A stretch of DNA of 64,000 nucleotides from Alphaproteobacteria bacterium (GTDB taxonomy: Bacteria; Pseudomonadota; Alphaproteobacteria; SMXP01). The notes under the pieces are model-generated. The model searched no databases. It had not been told where the DNA came from and saw only the letters and a program-made list of their open reading frames with translations. Each line of letters opens with the position of its first letter. The stretch's first letter is position 1. This document shows positions 1 through 8,099 of this stretch, piece after piece. Position numbers and translations under genes: made by a program. Location: positions 137,322 to 201,321 of the forward strand of contig JANQPV010000022.1 in the NCBI GenBank assembly GCA_028285305.1. Reading direction: 5' to 3'.

Positions 1-406
1 ACTCGGGTGCCGGGTCGGTGATCATGTACTCTATGTAGCTCAACAGCTCGTCGATTTGTTGTGGTTCCAGTTCAAAGGCGGGCATGTCTCTGTGACCGAC
101 CACAATCCCTTCTGCCAGAGCTTCTTCAAGGGCGTATACGGGGTATTGCCTAAATACCTCACGAAACGGAGGGGCACTTTCATGGGCACTTGTGTCTCTC
201 AAGCCAATCGCGTGACACATGGCACACATGGTGGCCGCGATCTCTTCACCGTTTGCTCTCATATCGGTGGGGGAGAGGGTTAAGTCATCCATCTCTTGGG
301 GTTTGGCGAGCGCGGCGTTGGTCGTTAAGGCAATCAACATGACACAGATGGCAAGAATGCCGCTCCACTGCATTGGGTGCGCGTTAGGACGTGCGATGGT
401 TTTCAT
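1..406 (-). CDS. c-type cytochrome, partial (3' end lies beyond the window edge)
   Basis: Reverse-strand frame opens at ATG (complement of 404-406) and runs off position 1. The translation starts MKTIARPNAHPMQWSGILAICVMLIALTTNAALA, which is signal-peptide-like, and contains CAMCH (a CXXCH heme c binding motif). The six-frame track omits it because there is no in-window stop. Confidence 0.6.
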   Translation of the reverse strand, partial: MKTIARPNAHPMQWSGILAICVMLIALTTNAALAKPQEMDDLTLSPTDMRANGEEIAATMCAMCHAIGLRDTSAHESAPPFREVFRQYPVYALEEALAEGIVVGHRDMPAFELEPQQIDELLSYIEYMITDPAPE

Positions 407-497
407 GAATTTGGTCTCTGTTGAGTTAGAAGCTTAAGGCTCGGGAGATACTTAGCCTATTTTGGATAACGTGTGGTGCATTTTTCTGCGCGCATTT

Positions 498-1007
498 TCA
501 TTTGTGGGAAGACTTCACTCCAATTATTGCACTTTCAATTTCCCTGCGGATTTCCGTCGGGCGGGCTAGAACTGGAAACTCGATGATTGCAACGCCGGTT
601 CCGCGAACGGTGATCGAGCCAAAGCCGAAAATGCGTCCCAGCACCGACTGGTGGAGCACCACTTCTTCAATGTTGTCGAGATTGACTTCCCTGGTGTCGC
701 GAGCAATCCACCCGCGCTTGAGAATAAGCCGCTCAGAAGTCACGGCTAAAACGGTGGTCCATCGATGAATGTATCGATACAGAAGGAATAAAGCCGAGAG
801 CGCGAACAATGAGCCGGCCGCGAACGTAAAGAATTCACTGACCATGTCGATTTGCAAGTACTGCCTGAATAGCTCAAACGCCCAAATGGCGGCTGGCGTT
901 GAGCCAATGGCAAACCACATCCAACTGATCGCATCATATGTCCAGTTGAACTTTGCCCGATAGAGGTAGTCTTCCTCTGCTGCAAGGGTACTCTTCACGT
1001 AACCCAC
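498..1007 (-). CDS. bacterial PH-domain (bPH_2 / YdbS-like) membrane protein
   Basis: 169-aa ORF with two N-terminal hydrophobic helices followed by a ~80-aa soluble domain typical of YdbS/YdbT-like PH proteins. Confidence 0.55.
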   Translation of the reverse strand: MGYVKSTLAAEEDYLYRAKFNWTYDAISWMWFAIGSTPAAIWAFELFRQYLQIDMVSEFFTFAAGSLFALSALFLLYRYIHRWTTVLAVTSERLILKRGWIARDTREVNLDNIEEVVLHQSVLGRIFGFGSITVRGTGVAIIEFPVLARPTEIRREIESAIIGVKSSHK

Positions 1008-1157
1008 AGGATCTCCTTTTGTGAGTGCGTGTTTGATCGTTGTGCGATCTTAAGGAGATACCCGGCTTAACGTTTGATTTGGGTCAATCAAAAGCTGCCG
1101 CAAAATGCGCACATGTTGCGTGTCAGAGATTATTCAACACAAGCTTAGGATTCGTCT

Positions 1158-2801
1158 ATGTCGAGCGTTTTGCTGGCTCTCGGAGGATTGGGGCTCTTCC
1201 TCATCGGCATGCAAGTGCTGACCGAGGGATTGCGGGGTCTCGCCGGCCGCTCGCTGCGGCGTCTGCTTGTCAGTTTCACCCGCACGCCAGCAAGCGGGGC
1301 CCTTACGGGGGCCCTGTCGACCGCCATTGTGCAATCCTCGAGTGCGACAACAGTGACGGCGGTCGGGTTTGTGAGCGCCGGGCTTCTTACTTTTCCTCAG
1401 GCCCTCGGAATCATCTTTGGTGCGAATATCGGCACGACGATTACCGGCTGGATCGTGGCGTTGATCGGTTTCAAACTTCAGTTGACACAAGTTGTCATGC
1501 CACTGATTTTTATAGGCGCGCTTCTCAAACTCTTTGGACGCGGAAGAGTGAAGAGCATCGGATGGGCGGTTGCGGGCTTCAGTCTTCTCTTCATCGGGAT
1601 TGAAGGGTTGCAGCAAGGTCTGGCGGCGTTTGAGGGGGTGGTGACACCTCAATCGTTTCCTGCGGATACGCTCTGGGGCCGGTTCCAGCTGGTGATTATT
1701 GGCATCTTGATCACACTTGTGACGCAGTCTTCCAGCGCAGGTGTGGCGACGGCCTTAGTGGCCCTTGGCACAGGTGCCATCTCTTTTCCCCAAGCGGCCG
1801 CGCTTGTGATTGGAATGGATGTGGGCACGACCTTTACCGCTGCGATTGCCACTCTGGGGGGATCGACGTCCACGCGGCGGACAGGATACGCTCATGTTAT
1901 CTATAACTGCCTGACAGGTTTGATGGCATTCGCCCTTCTGACACCTTATAGTGCGCTTGTTATCCCGCTCTTGTCTTTGGACAATCCGGGGGATGCGCAA
2001 ATTGCGGTGGTCGCCTTCCATACCTTGTTTAATGGGCTTGGCGTCTTGGTTATCATTGGCTTTACACATCAGTTCGCGCGCTTGATCGAGCGGCTGGTTC
2101 CGGAGCGCGGGCCAAACTTGGTCGGTTTGTTGGATGAGGGTTTGCTGACGGATTCGAATGCCGCCCTTGATGCGGCGCAGGGGTCCATCCGCAAGATTGC
2201 ATTGGCCGCATTCGATTATCTCGACAATGAACTCCAACAGTGTCGCGGTGCCTCTGATCACTCTACACAATCGCTCAAAAATGCAATCGAAACAGCGTAC
2301 GTATATGTCTCCACTATTGGGGCCTCGGCAAAAGATGCGCAGGCGCACCAACGGCTTCAGACTCTTTTGCACCTGCTCGATCATCTTTCTCGCCTGATCG
2401 ACAGAGCTAGTGACCAGGATCGTCTTCAAGCGATCACTCGTTTGGATTCACTCGATCATGAAAAGACGGAGTTGCTGAACGCTCTCGGTATGGTTCAACA
2501 GGACCGTTTAAACAAAGATCAAGTGCAAAGCTTGAATCGTTTGCGAAAAGAGCTTCGAGAGCGGCGCCATTCGCTACGCGCCTCCGTTTTCGAAGCGACT
2601 GCGGGAGGTGGCTTAGATGCGGACGTTACATCGACTCTCACCGATGGTATCCGGTGGCTTCACCGGGTAGCCTATCATATTTGGCGGATCGGGTACTATC
2701 TTGAGCTAGCGCAATTCGGTGAGCATGCGGAGGACATCGGTCCCGCGGAGCGTCTTTATGATCTCTCCGAAGACGACGATGGGACGCCTCGGATCATATA
2801 G
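1158..2801 (+). CDS. Na/Pi cotransporter family protein (NptA-like) with C-terminal PhoU-like domain
   Basis: 547 aa starting at ATG 1158. N-terminal ~330 aa is polytopic with duplicated Na/Pi cotransporter repeats (GANIGTT, SSSA motifs). C-terminus is a charged helical PhoU-like region. Confidence 0.8.
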   Translation: MSSVLLALGGLGLFLIGMQVLTEGLRGLAGRSLRRLLVSFTRTPASGALTGALSTAIVQSSSATTVTAVGFVSAGLLTFPQALGIIFGANIGTTITGWIVALIGFKLQLTQVVMPLIFIGALLKLFGRGRVKSIGWAVAGFSLLFIGIEGLQQGLAAFEGVVTPQSFPADTLWGRFQLVIIGILITLVTQSSSAGVATALVALGTGAISFPQAAALVIGMDVGTTFTAAIATLGGSTSTRRTGYAHVIYNCLTGLMAFALLTPYSALVIPLLSLDNPGDAQIAVVAFHTLFNGLGVLVIIGFTHQFARLIERLVPERGPNLVGLLDEGLLTDSNAALDAAQGSIRKIALAAFDYLDNELQQCRGASDHSTQSLKNAIETAYVYVSTIGASAKDAQAHQRLQTLLHLLDHLSRLIDRASDQDRLQAITRLDSLDHEKTELLNALGMVQQDRLNKDQVQSLNRLRKELRERRHSLRASVFEATAGGGLDADVTSTLTDGIRWLHRVAYHIWRIGYYLELAQFGEHAEDIGPAERLYDLSEDDDGTPRII

Positions 2802-2869
2802 CGAAAAGACTCTTAGAGGCGTTTCAACGCCGTATAGGTTTTACCGGCAAAACGGGTCGGTCCGGTCTC

Positions 2870-4162
2870 TTAAACGGCACCTGCTATGCTGATGACCAAT
2901 TGATAGAGGACGAGGCCCGCGCTTCCCACGCCCCCAACGACCGGAACAATCATTGGGACATTGAAACCGTCTGCACCGCGATTTCTCAGTTTCCAGCGAA
3001 TCAAACCAAAATTGATCATTGAAAAGATGATAAGGGCGAAGAACGACGTGATGCGCGCGAGACTCTCAATGGGAAGAAGGAGAGCAAGAAAGAGAACCGT
3101 TCCTGACACGAGAAGTGTTGCTCGTACGGGCGTGTGGGTGACGGGGTGGACGGCGCCCATGGCAGGAGGAATGGCTCCCATTTTCGCCATGCCGTAAAGG
3201 ACGCGCGAGGCCATGATAATTTGGATGAGAGCGCCGTTTATCACGGAGATAAGTGCGATAAGACTGGCCGTTCGGGAATAGCCTCCGGCCACTTCTTCGA
3301 AGACGTCAGCGACGGGGGCTGAGCTGTCCGCGAGCCGGTCAGGCCCGAGGGCACCGGTCGCAACGAGAGAGACTGCGACATAGATCACCAATGTGCCGAT
3401 CAGTGTCAAGATGATGGCTCGGGGCATAACGCGTTCGACGTCCCTCACCTCTTCGGCCACGTTGACCATGTCTTCAAAGCCAATGAAGGCGTAAAAGGCC
3501 ACCACCGTTGCGGAGAGGATGCCGATCCAGAGTGATGCTTCGAGAGGGACGACAAAGCTGCGCGCCAAATGGGCCGGGTCGACGATGTGTTCGGCACCGG
3601 CGCCGACCAATACGGCCAGAACGCCGATTTCCGCCACGGTGAAAATGGCGGCTACGGTCACGGATTCGGCGATGCCCCAAACGGCGACTGTCGCGAGCGT
3701 GGCAACAAGCACGATCAGAACCAGCCAGTCGGGTAGATCGATGAGGACATCCAAATAGCCGACGAAGCCGGACGCGATGGCGGCGCTGGAGATTGTCCCT
3801 ACCGTGATGACCAGGAAGCCTGTGATCATTGCGAGCCGATCAGAATCGAGAGTGACTTTTATGTAGACCGCCTCGCCCGCACTTAACGGAAAGCGTGATG
3901 ACAATTCAGCGAACGATAAGGCGGTCGCTCCCGCCAGGAACGAAGCCACGATGAACGCCATCGGTGCGCTGTATCCGGCTTCTGCAGCCACGGCGCCCAA
4001 CAAGACGAAAATGCCCGCGCCGATCGTGGTGCCAAGCCCGTACAGAGTGAGCATGGGCAGCGAGAGCGTGCGCTTGAGTTCAGGCGGGGACTCAGATGCT
4101 GTATGCGAAGGCATGGTCATGGGGCGAGAGCGGTTTAATTTCGATTGGTTCTCGCATAGCAT
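2870..4162 (-). CDS. APC-family amino acid permease
   Basis: 430-aa ORF, about 12 TM. The APC-like N-terminus reads LTLYGLGTTIGAGIFVL. An alternative start MTMPSH at 4120 is possible. Confidence 0.75.
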   Translation of the reverse strand: MLCENQSKLNRSRPMTMPSHTASESPPELKRTLSLPMLTLYGLGTTIGAGIFVLLGAVAAEAGYSAPMAFIVASFLAGATALSFAELSSRFPLSAGEAVYIKVTLDSDRLAMITGFLVITVGTISSAAIASGFVGYLDVLIDLPDWLVLIVLVATLATVAVWGIAESVTVAAIFTVAEIGVLAVLVGAGAEHIVDPAHLARSFVVPLEASLWIGILSATVVAFYAFIGFEDMVNVAEEVRDVERVMPRAIILTLIGTLVIYVAVSLVATGALGPDRLADSSAPVADVFEEVAGGYSRTASLIALISVINGALIQIIMASRVLYGMAKMGAIPPAMGAVHPVTHTPVRATLLVSGTVLFLALLLPIESLARITSFFALIIFSMINFGLIRWKLRNRGADGFNVPMIVPVVGGVGSAGLVLYQLVISIAGAV

Positions 4163-4225
4163 AGATTGCGGGGAGGGGCACCGGGGTGCTGAAGTTTTGT
4201 GTTCGAGGAGGGATCTATAGCACTC

Positions 4226-4606
4226 TCAGATATGTCTGCGCCGGTTCAACAGCATCGCGCTTGCCCCTAGCATCACGGTTTCAAAACTAAGGGCCATTCC
4301 GGTATAGCCTGTAAAATTCCCATCCATGAAAAGACCGATGGTCCGGGTCAGGAGTAAGCCCGCCGACATGATCGCTAAAGCGACGAGAAACGGCCGGACG
4401 AGATCGGCGCGAAAGACCGCCAGAAGGGCGAAGACGCCAATGGAGGCTTGCAGACCTCCATACATGGCGCGGAGTTCCGTTGTGCCTGCGGCCGTGATGG
4501 CCGAAATGCCGGCGGACTCGGCGAGCAGAGCCGGGTCCAAAAAACACATCACCCCGTAAGGCAGCCAGAGAACGACGCAGGCGATCAAGAAAATCCGTTC
4601 CAACAT
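4226..4606 (-). CDS. DUF4345-like small membrane protein
   Basis: 126-aa hydrophobic ORF with 4 predicted TM helices. The family assignment is from memory of DUF4345 sequences. Confidence 0.45.
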   Translation of the reverse strand: MLERIFLIACVVLWLPYGVMCFLDPALLAESAGISAITAAGTTELRAMYGGLQASIGVFALLAVFRADLVRPFLVALAIMSAGLLLTRTIGLFMDGNFTGYTGMALSFETVMLGASAMLLNRRRHI

Positions 4607-4621
4607 GTTTATCTCCGGGGG

Positions 4622-5053
4622 CTATGGCAGCGGCGTAAAGGCGCCGGGCGTTCCTTCGGCGGTGTAGAGCACGTGATAGGCGCGGCTTTTGAAACGCCAT
4701 TCGCCATCTTCCCTGATGTATTCATCTGCATACGTGCCGACAGCCATGATATCCTTGTCCGAACCCTTAGGCTGAAGAAACTCGGTCAGGTACCAGCGGC
4801 CGGTCGCCTGGTCACCTTCGATTTCGATGGTGCCTTGATAGACCACTTGCAGAGCATGATCAAAGCCGCCCATGGCGCCGCGCCAGAGTTCGACCACCGC
4901 CTCCCGGCCCTCAACCGCGGTGCCGGGCAGGGTCCACGCGCCCGTCTTGGACCAGGTGCTTGCCCAGAGTTTTTCGTCCTTTCGATTAACGGCATCGGCA
5001 TAGGCGGCAATCAAATGCCGGATGGCGAGTTCGTCTTCAAGCGGATGGCTCAT
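4622..5053 (-). CDS. NTF2-like (SnoaL-like) superfamily protein
   Basis: 143 aa. The N-terminal LAIRHLIAAYADAVNRKD...W motif is typical of SnoaL_4 / NTF2-like domains. Confidence 0.55.
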   Translation of the reverse strand: MSHPLEDELAIRHLIAAYADAVNRKDEKLWASTWSKTGAWTLPGTAVEGREAVVELWRGAMGGFDHALQVVYQGTIEIEGDQATGRWYLTEFLQPKGSDKDIMAVGTYADEYIREDGEWRFKSRAYHVLYTAEGTPGAFTPLP

Positions 5054-5185
5054 GCATCTTTGCTCCCGATTTGCCCATCAATGGAAAATGACGTTTTACC
5101 AGAATCGGCCCCTTCTTGTCACCTTGAACGCTGCGTGCTGAGGGTAGGAGTAGCAAGTCGAACTTGGCGTTTTCCGCCCGCCAGT

Positions 5186-7096
5186 TCATTCACTGCCCGC
5201 CATGGCGTCTTGCGTGGCTCGTGCTGGGGTGAACCAAATGGCCGACGTATACGCGCGTTCTCGCGTCACCGTTGGGATGTGCTCAGGCAACTCCAATCCC
5301 AACCGCTTTGCGTCGTAGGCAGTCCATCGAGGGGTCGGGATCTCGATCACACGAACATAGTAAAAGGCTCGTTGCTCGGGATCGAAATCAGGATCTTTCC
5401 AAACTCTTGATAGAGTGGCCTGACCAATCGAGTTTGTGTAGGTTGCGTTCTCCACGTCCACGGTGTTTCCGACCGAAGACTTACCGTCAATCAATCCGCG
5501 TACGCGTCCCAGCGGACCATATCCGCGCGCGACGTCATAGATTTTCTCCTTTAGTTTTCCGTCTCTCGTTAGCCAGCCTTTGATAATTTGTATACGATCT
5601 AAATTTGCTCCGTCCGGATCCTTAGACGCGCCGACCAAAAATCGCGGCGCACCCTTGCCCGGCCACGACGTCAAGTCGCCACCCATTGGGACGCCTTTCT
5701 CATAACCGACTCGCGCGAAGTCGGGATGATCGGCATCTTTCGATTCAAAATCCCAGCCTCCAAAAAACCTTACAGTTATGCGCGGACCTGTGGAGGCATA
5801 TACTTCGCGTCTTTTCATTGCTTCGAACAAAGACTGTCTTGTGTTTTCTTTCGCCCAAACCGCTGCATAGCCGCTCGCGCTGAGCCTCCAGTTCGACCAA
5901 AGACCCGCGCCCCCTTGACCGGCAGTACCAGCTCCCATATTCGATTGCGTGCGCGCGGGCGATGGCTCTGAGTCCTTAAACTTGCCGAAGAAGTTGTCGT
6001 CGTCCGCGGTCGACATGGCGGTGTGCGAGTCGGTGCTGGCAATCATGCCGAATTTGAAAGGATTAGCCCCGGTCTTTTCTTCGATCGCCAGTCCTAACTT
6101 TAATGCAGATCGGGCGTATTCGTGCTCGAGCATTTCGTTTCTTTTCTCGACCGTGCGGTTTATGTTGTCGGCATCCCATGTTTCGAAATCTGCAAATTCG
6201 TCTTCAGGCGAAAGATAAGGGTGAGCCTCGCCGTCGCCTTTGACTTGTGAGACCTCATACAACGGCTCCCAGCGAGCCCGCGTTATTGCGTATGTCCGAT
6301 CAATGGCTTTGCCGTCCAAGGTCTTGTCATCGAACATCAGGCCGTTGCTGAGATTGCCATTATGCGCGATCGACATTACCCGCCCGCCGGTTTTTTGTTC
6401 GTATCCCGCCAAGTAGGCCCAAAGATCCTCCGGGTCGTTACTATCTTGAGCCGAAAATGGAACGACGCGATCCGCTTTGCCTCGCCCATCTTCAAATATG
6501 ACAACCCTATGCAGATTGTTGCCGTTCGGCGCGGACGTCCATTCATATCCGACAAAGGCCGTAAACTCTCCGGGGCGGTTGTTCTTGTCTGCTATGCGGA
6601 CGACGTCGCTCCAAATTGTCTGTCGCACCCTTTCCGGCATGATTTGCTCAGGAGTTGGATCGGACAATCCGTCCACGAACTCTCCCATCATCGCGGCAAC
6701 GTTTCCTGTTTGCATATATTTTTGCCAGCGGCGGCCTAGACGCGTGTTTGTAACGCTGAGATCACTTCTTGCAAGACGGCTAAATACGCCGATGTATTCG
6801 GCGTGATCGGAAATAACGAGGAAGTCGAGCGGGCGGCGCAGCTTGGCAATCTGTCCGGAGGATGTTGTTATCGGGTTTCCCTGTGCAAATTGGTAGGCGT
6901 CCTCGGCGCTCAATCCTGTCGTTCCGAACGAGTATGCGTCCGGCGAGTTCCGTGTGTGAAGATGCGTGTCTCCCCAATAAACCGTGGTTGGATAATCAAT
7001 GTTCGCGGGTGGAGAGTAGGCTTCTTTTCCTAACGCGGTCACATTTAGTAGTCCTAGGATCGCAGCGATTCGTATCGCGATGGCAGCCAAATTCAT
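5186..7096 (-). CDS. DUF3604 family secreted protein (PHP-like putative metal-dependent hydrolase)
   Basis: 636 aa with an N-terminal signal peptide. It carries the WGDTHLHT and SDH...H motifs characteristic of DUF3604. Confidence 0.6.
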   Translation of the reverse strand: MNLAAIAIRIAAILGLLNVTALGKEAYSPPANIDYPTTVYWGDTHLHTRNSPDAYSFGTTGLSAEDAYQFAQGNPITTSSGQIAKLRRPLDFLVISDHAEYIGVFSRLARSDLSVTNTRLGRRWQKYMQTGNVAAMMGEFVDGLSDPTPEQIMPERVRQTIWSDVVRIADKNNRPGEFTAFVGYEWTSAPNGNNLHRVVIFEDGRGKADRVVPFSAQDSNDPEDLWAYLAGYEQKTGGRVMSIAHNGNLSNGLMFDDKTLDGKAIDRTYAITRARWEPLYEVSQVKGDGEAHPYLSPEDEFADFETWDADNINRTVEKRNEMLEHEYARSALKLGLAIEEKTGANPFKFGMIASTDSHTAMSTADDDNFFGKFKDSEPSPARTQSNMGAGTAGQGGAGLWSNWRLSASGYAAVWAKENTRQSLFEAMKRREVYASTGPRITVRFFGGWDFESKDADHPDFARVGYEKGVPMGGDLTSWPGKGAPRFLVGASKDPDGANLDRIQIIKGWLTRDGKLKEKIYDVARGYGPLGRVRGLIDGKSSVGNTVDVENATYTNSIGQATLSRVWKDPDFDPEQRAFYYVRVIEIPTPRWTAYDAKRLGLELPEHIPTVTRERAYTSAIWFTPARATQDAMAGSE

Positions 7097-7285
7097 TCAA
7101 ATTGCTCCTTGTAACCACACTCTGGGAACCGACGTCGTGTTTCTGTTCGTCTTCACCTAAGCCTAACCGATTCAAAAAAGTCAAACTGTCCGGTAAAACG
7201 CTGTTTATTGAAGCAAAGGTCTTGAGCTACGGTTCGAGTTTCGGCGATTCATGGACCCGCGCGCATCTGGAGTACTTTGGAAGAT

Positions 7286-7897
7286 ATGCCCACAACCAAA
7301 CCGAACGAGCTGAGCACCGACAAAGGCATTCGCACCTACGAGCATATTTTAGATGCTGCCGCGCGAGTTGTTTTCGAGACTGGTCTTCCCAATTTCACAT
7401 TCCGAGCTGTAGCAGCGGAAGCAGGACTGTCTCGCGGAGCTTTGCTTCACTACTTTCAAAACAAACAGCAACTTGTTGAGCTGCTCTACGGTCACCTTTG
7501 TGGTCGGCGTGAGAATGAATTAGAGTCGCGTATAGGAGGTTTGACCGAAACGCAGCGGAAAGCGGATCAAGCTGCTACCGAAATAATGCTTGAAGTCGCC
7601 AAGTCACCAAATGCGATAGTTATGCGTGAGATTGAAACTCATTCAAGGACTGATGCCTCTCTCAGGAGGATCGTGAAGAGAGAAAAATCAGCCTTGAGGC
7701 AAAAGCTCTTGGAGTTTTCGAAAGACAATTTCCCCGAGTGGCAATCCGAAGAGAACGTCATTTCAGTCGCGCAAGTCCTTGTATTGTCAATTGCCGATGG
7801 ATTTGCCCACTTTGAAATGTCCGGAGAGGTGTTCGACAATGAAGAGTTCGTTGCGGCCGTAAAAAAGATACTTCGTCACTTGCGCGATAATTCCTAG
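7286..7897 (+). CDS. TetR/AcrR family transcriptional regulator
   Basis: N-terminal HTH reads FTFRAVAAEAGLSRGALLHYFQNKQQL. ATG at 7286 is preceded by GGAAGA. The track start at 7277 is TTG. Confidence 0.75.
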   Translation: MPTTKPNELSTDKGIRTYEHILDAAARVVFETGLPNFTFRAVAAEAGLSRGALLHYFQNKQQLVELLYGHLCGRRENELESRIGGLTETQRKADQAATEIMLEVAKSPNAIVMREIETHSRTDASLRRIVKREKSALRQKLLEFSKDNFPEWQSEENVISVAQVLVLSIADGFAHFEMSGEVFDNEEFVAAVKKILRHLRDNS

Positions 7898-7926
7898 GTG
7901 TTCACGAACCGCTTTTGATCGCGACA

Positions 7927-8027
7927 AACCGGACATGTGTCCTAATTATCACAACCGTGTCTCTTATCATCTCTCACTAGAACCGGACAGGTTGACTTTA
8001 ATTGTAAACCGGACAAAATGACGGTTC
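7927..8027. promoter_or_regulatory. three direct copies of AACCGGACA, two in palindromic contexts: candidate TetR operators over the TonB-receptor promoter
   Basis: AACCGGACA at 7927-7935 (inside the GGACATGTGTCC palindrome), 7981-7989 and 8008-8016 (AACCGGACAAAATGACGGTT). An inverted copy TGTCCGGTA sits at 7187-7195 upstream of the TetR gene. TTGACT at 7992-7997 is -35-like. Confidence 0.35.
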
Positions 8028-8099
8028 TAGTGTCTGTGGATCATGACGTGGTTGGCGTATGCCCGCATGAGCCCACATTCCAAATCGGGAGGGAACTCA

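Noticed and set aside
56-437. Plus-strand ORFs 56..283 and 219..437
   Set aside because: The opposite strand encodes a coherent signal-peptide + CXXCH cytochrome c.
1040-1652. ORFs 1040..1603(+) and 1134..1652(-) overlapping the 5' end of the Na/Pi cotransporter gene
   Set aside because: Arg/Pro/His-rich translations typical of wrong-frame GC-rich reads. The cotransporter frame is clearly the genuine one.
4287-5410. ORFs 4287..4700(-) and 4448..5410(+, 320 aa)
   Set aside because: They overlap the DUF4345 and NTF2-like genes in other frames. Arg-rich, low-complexity translations.
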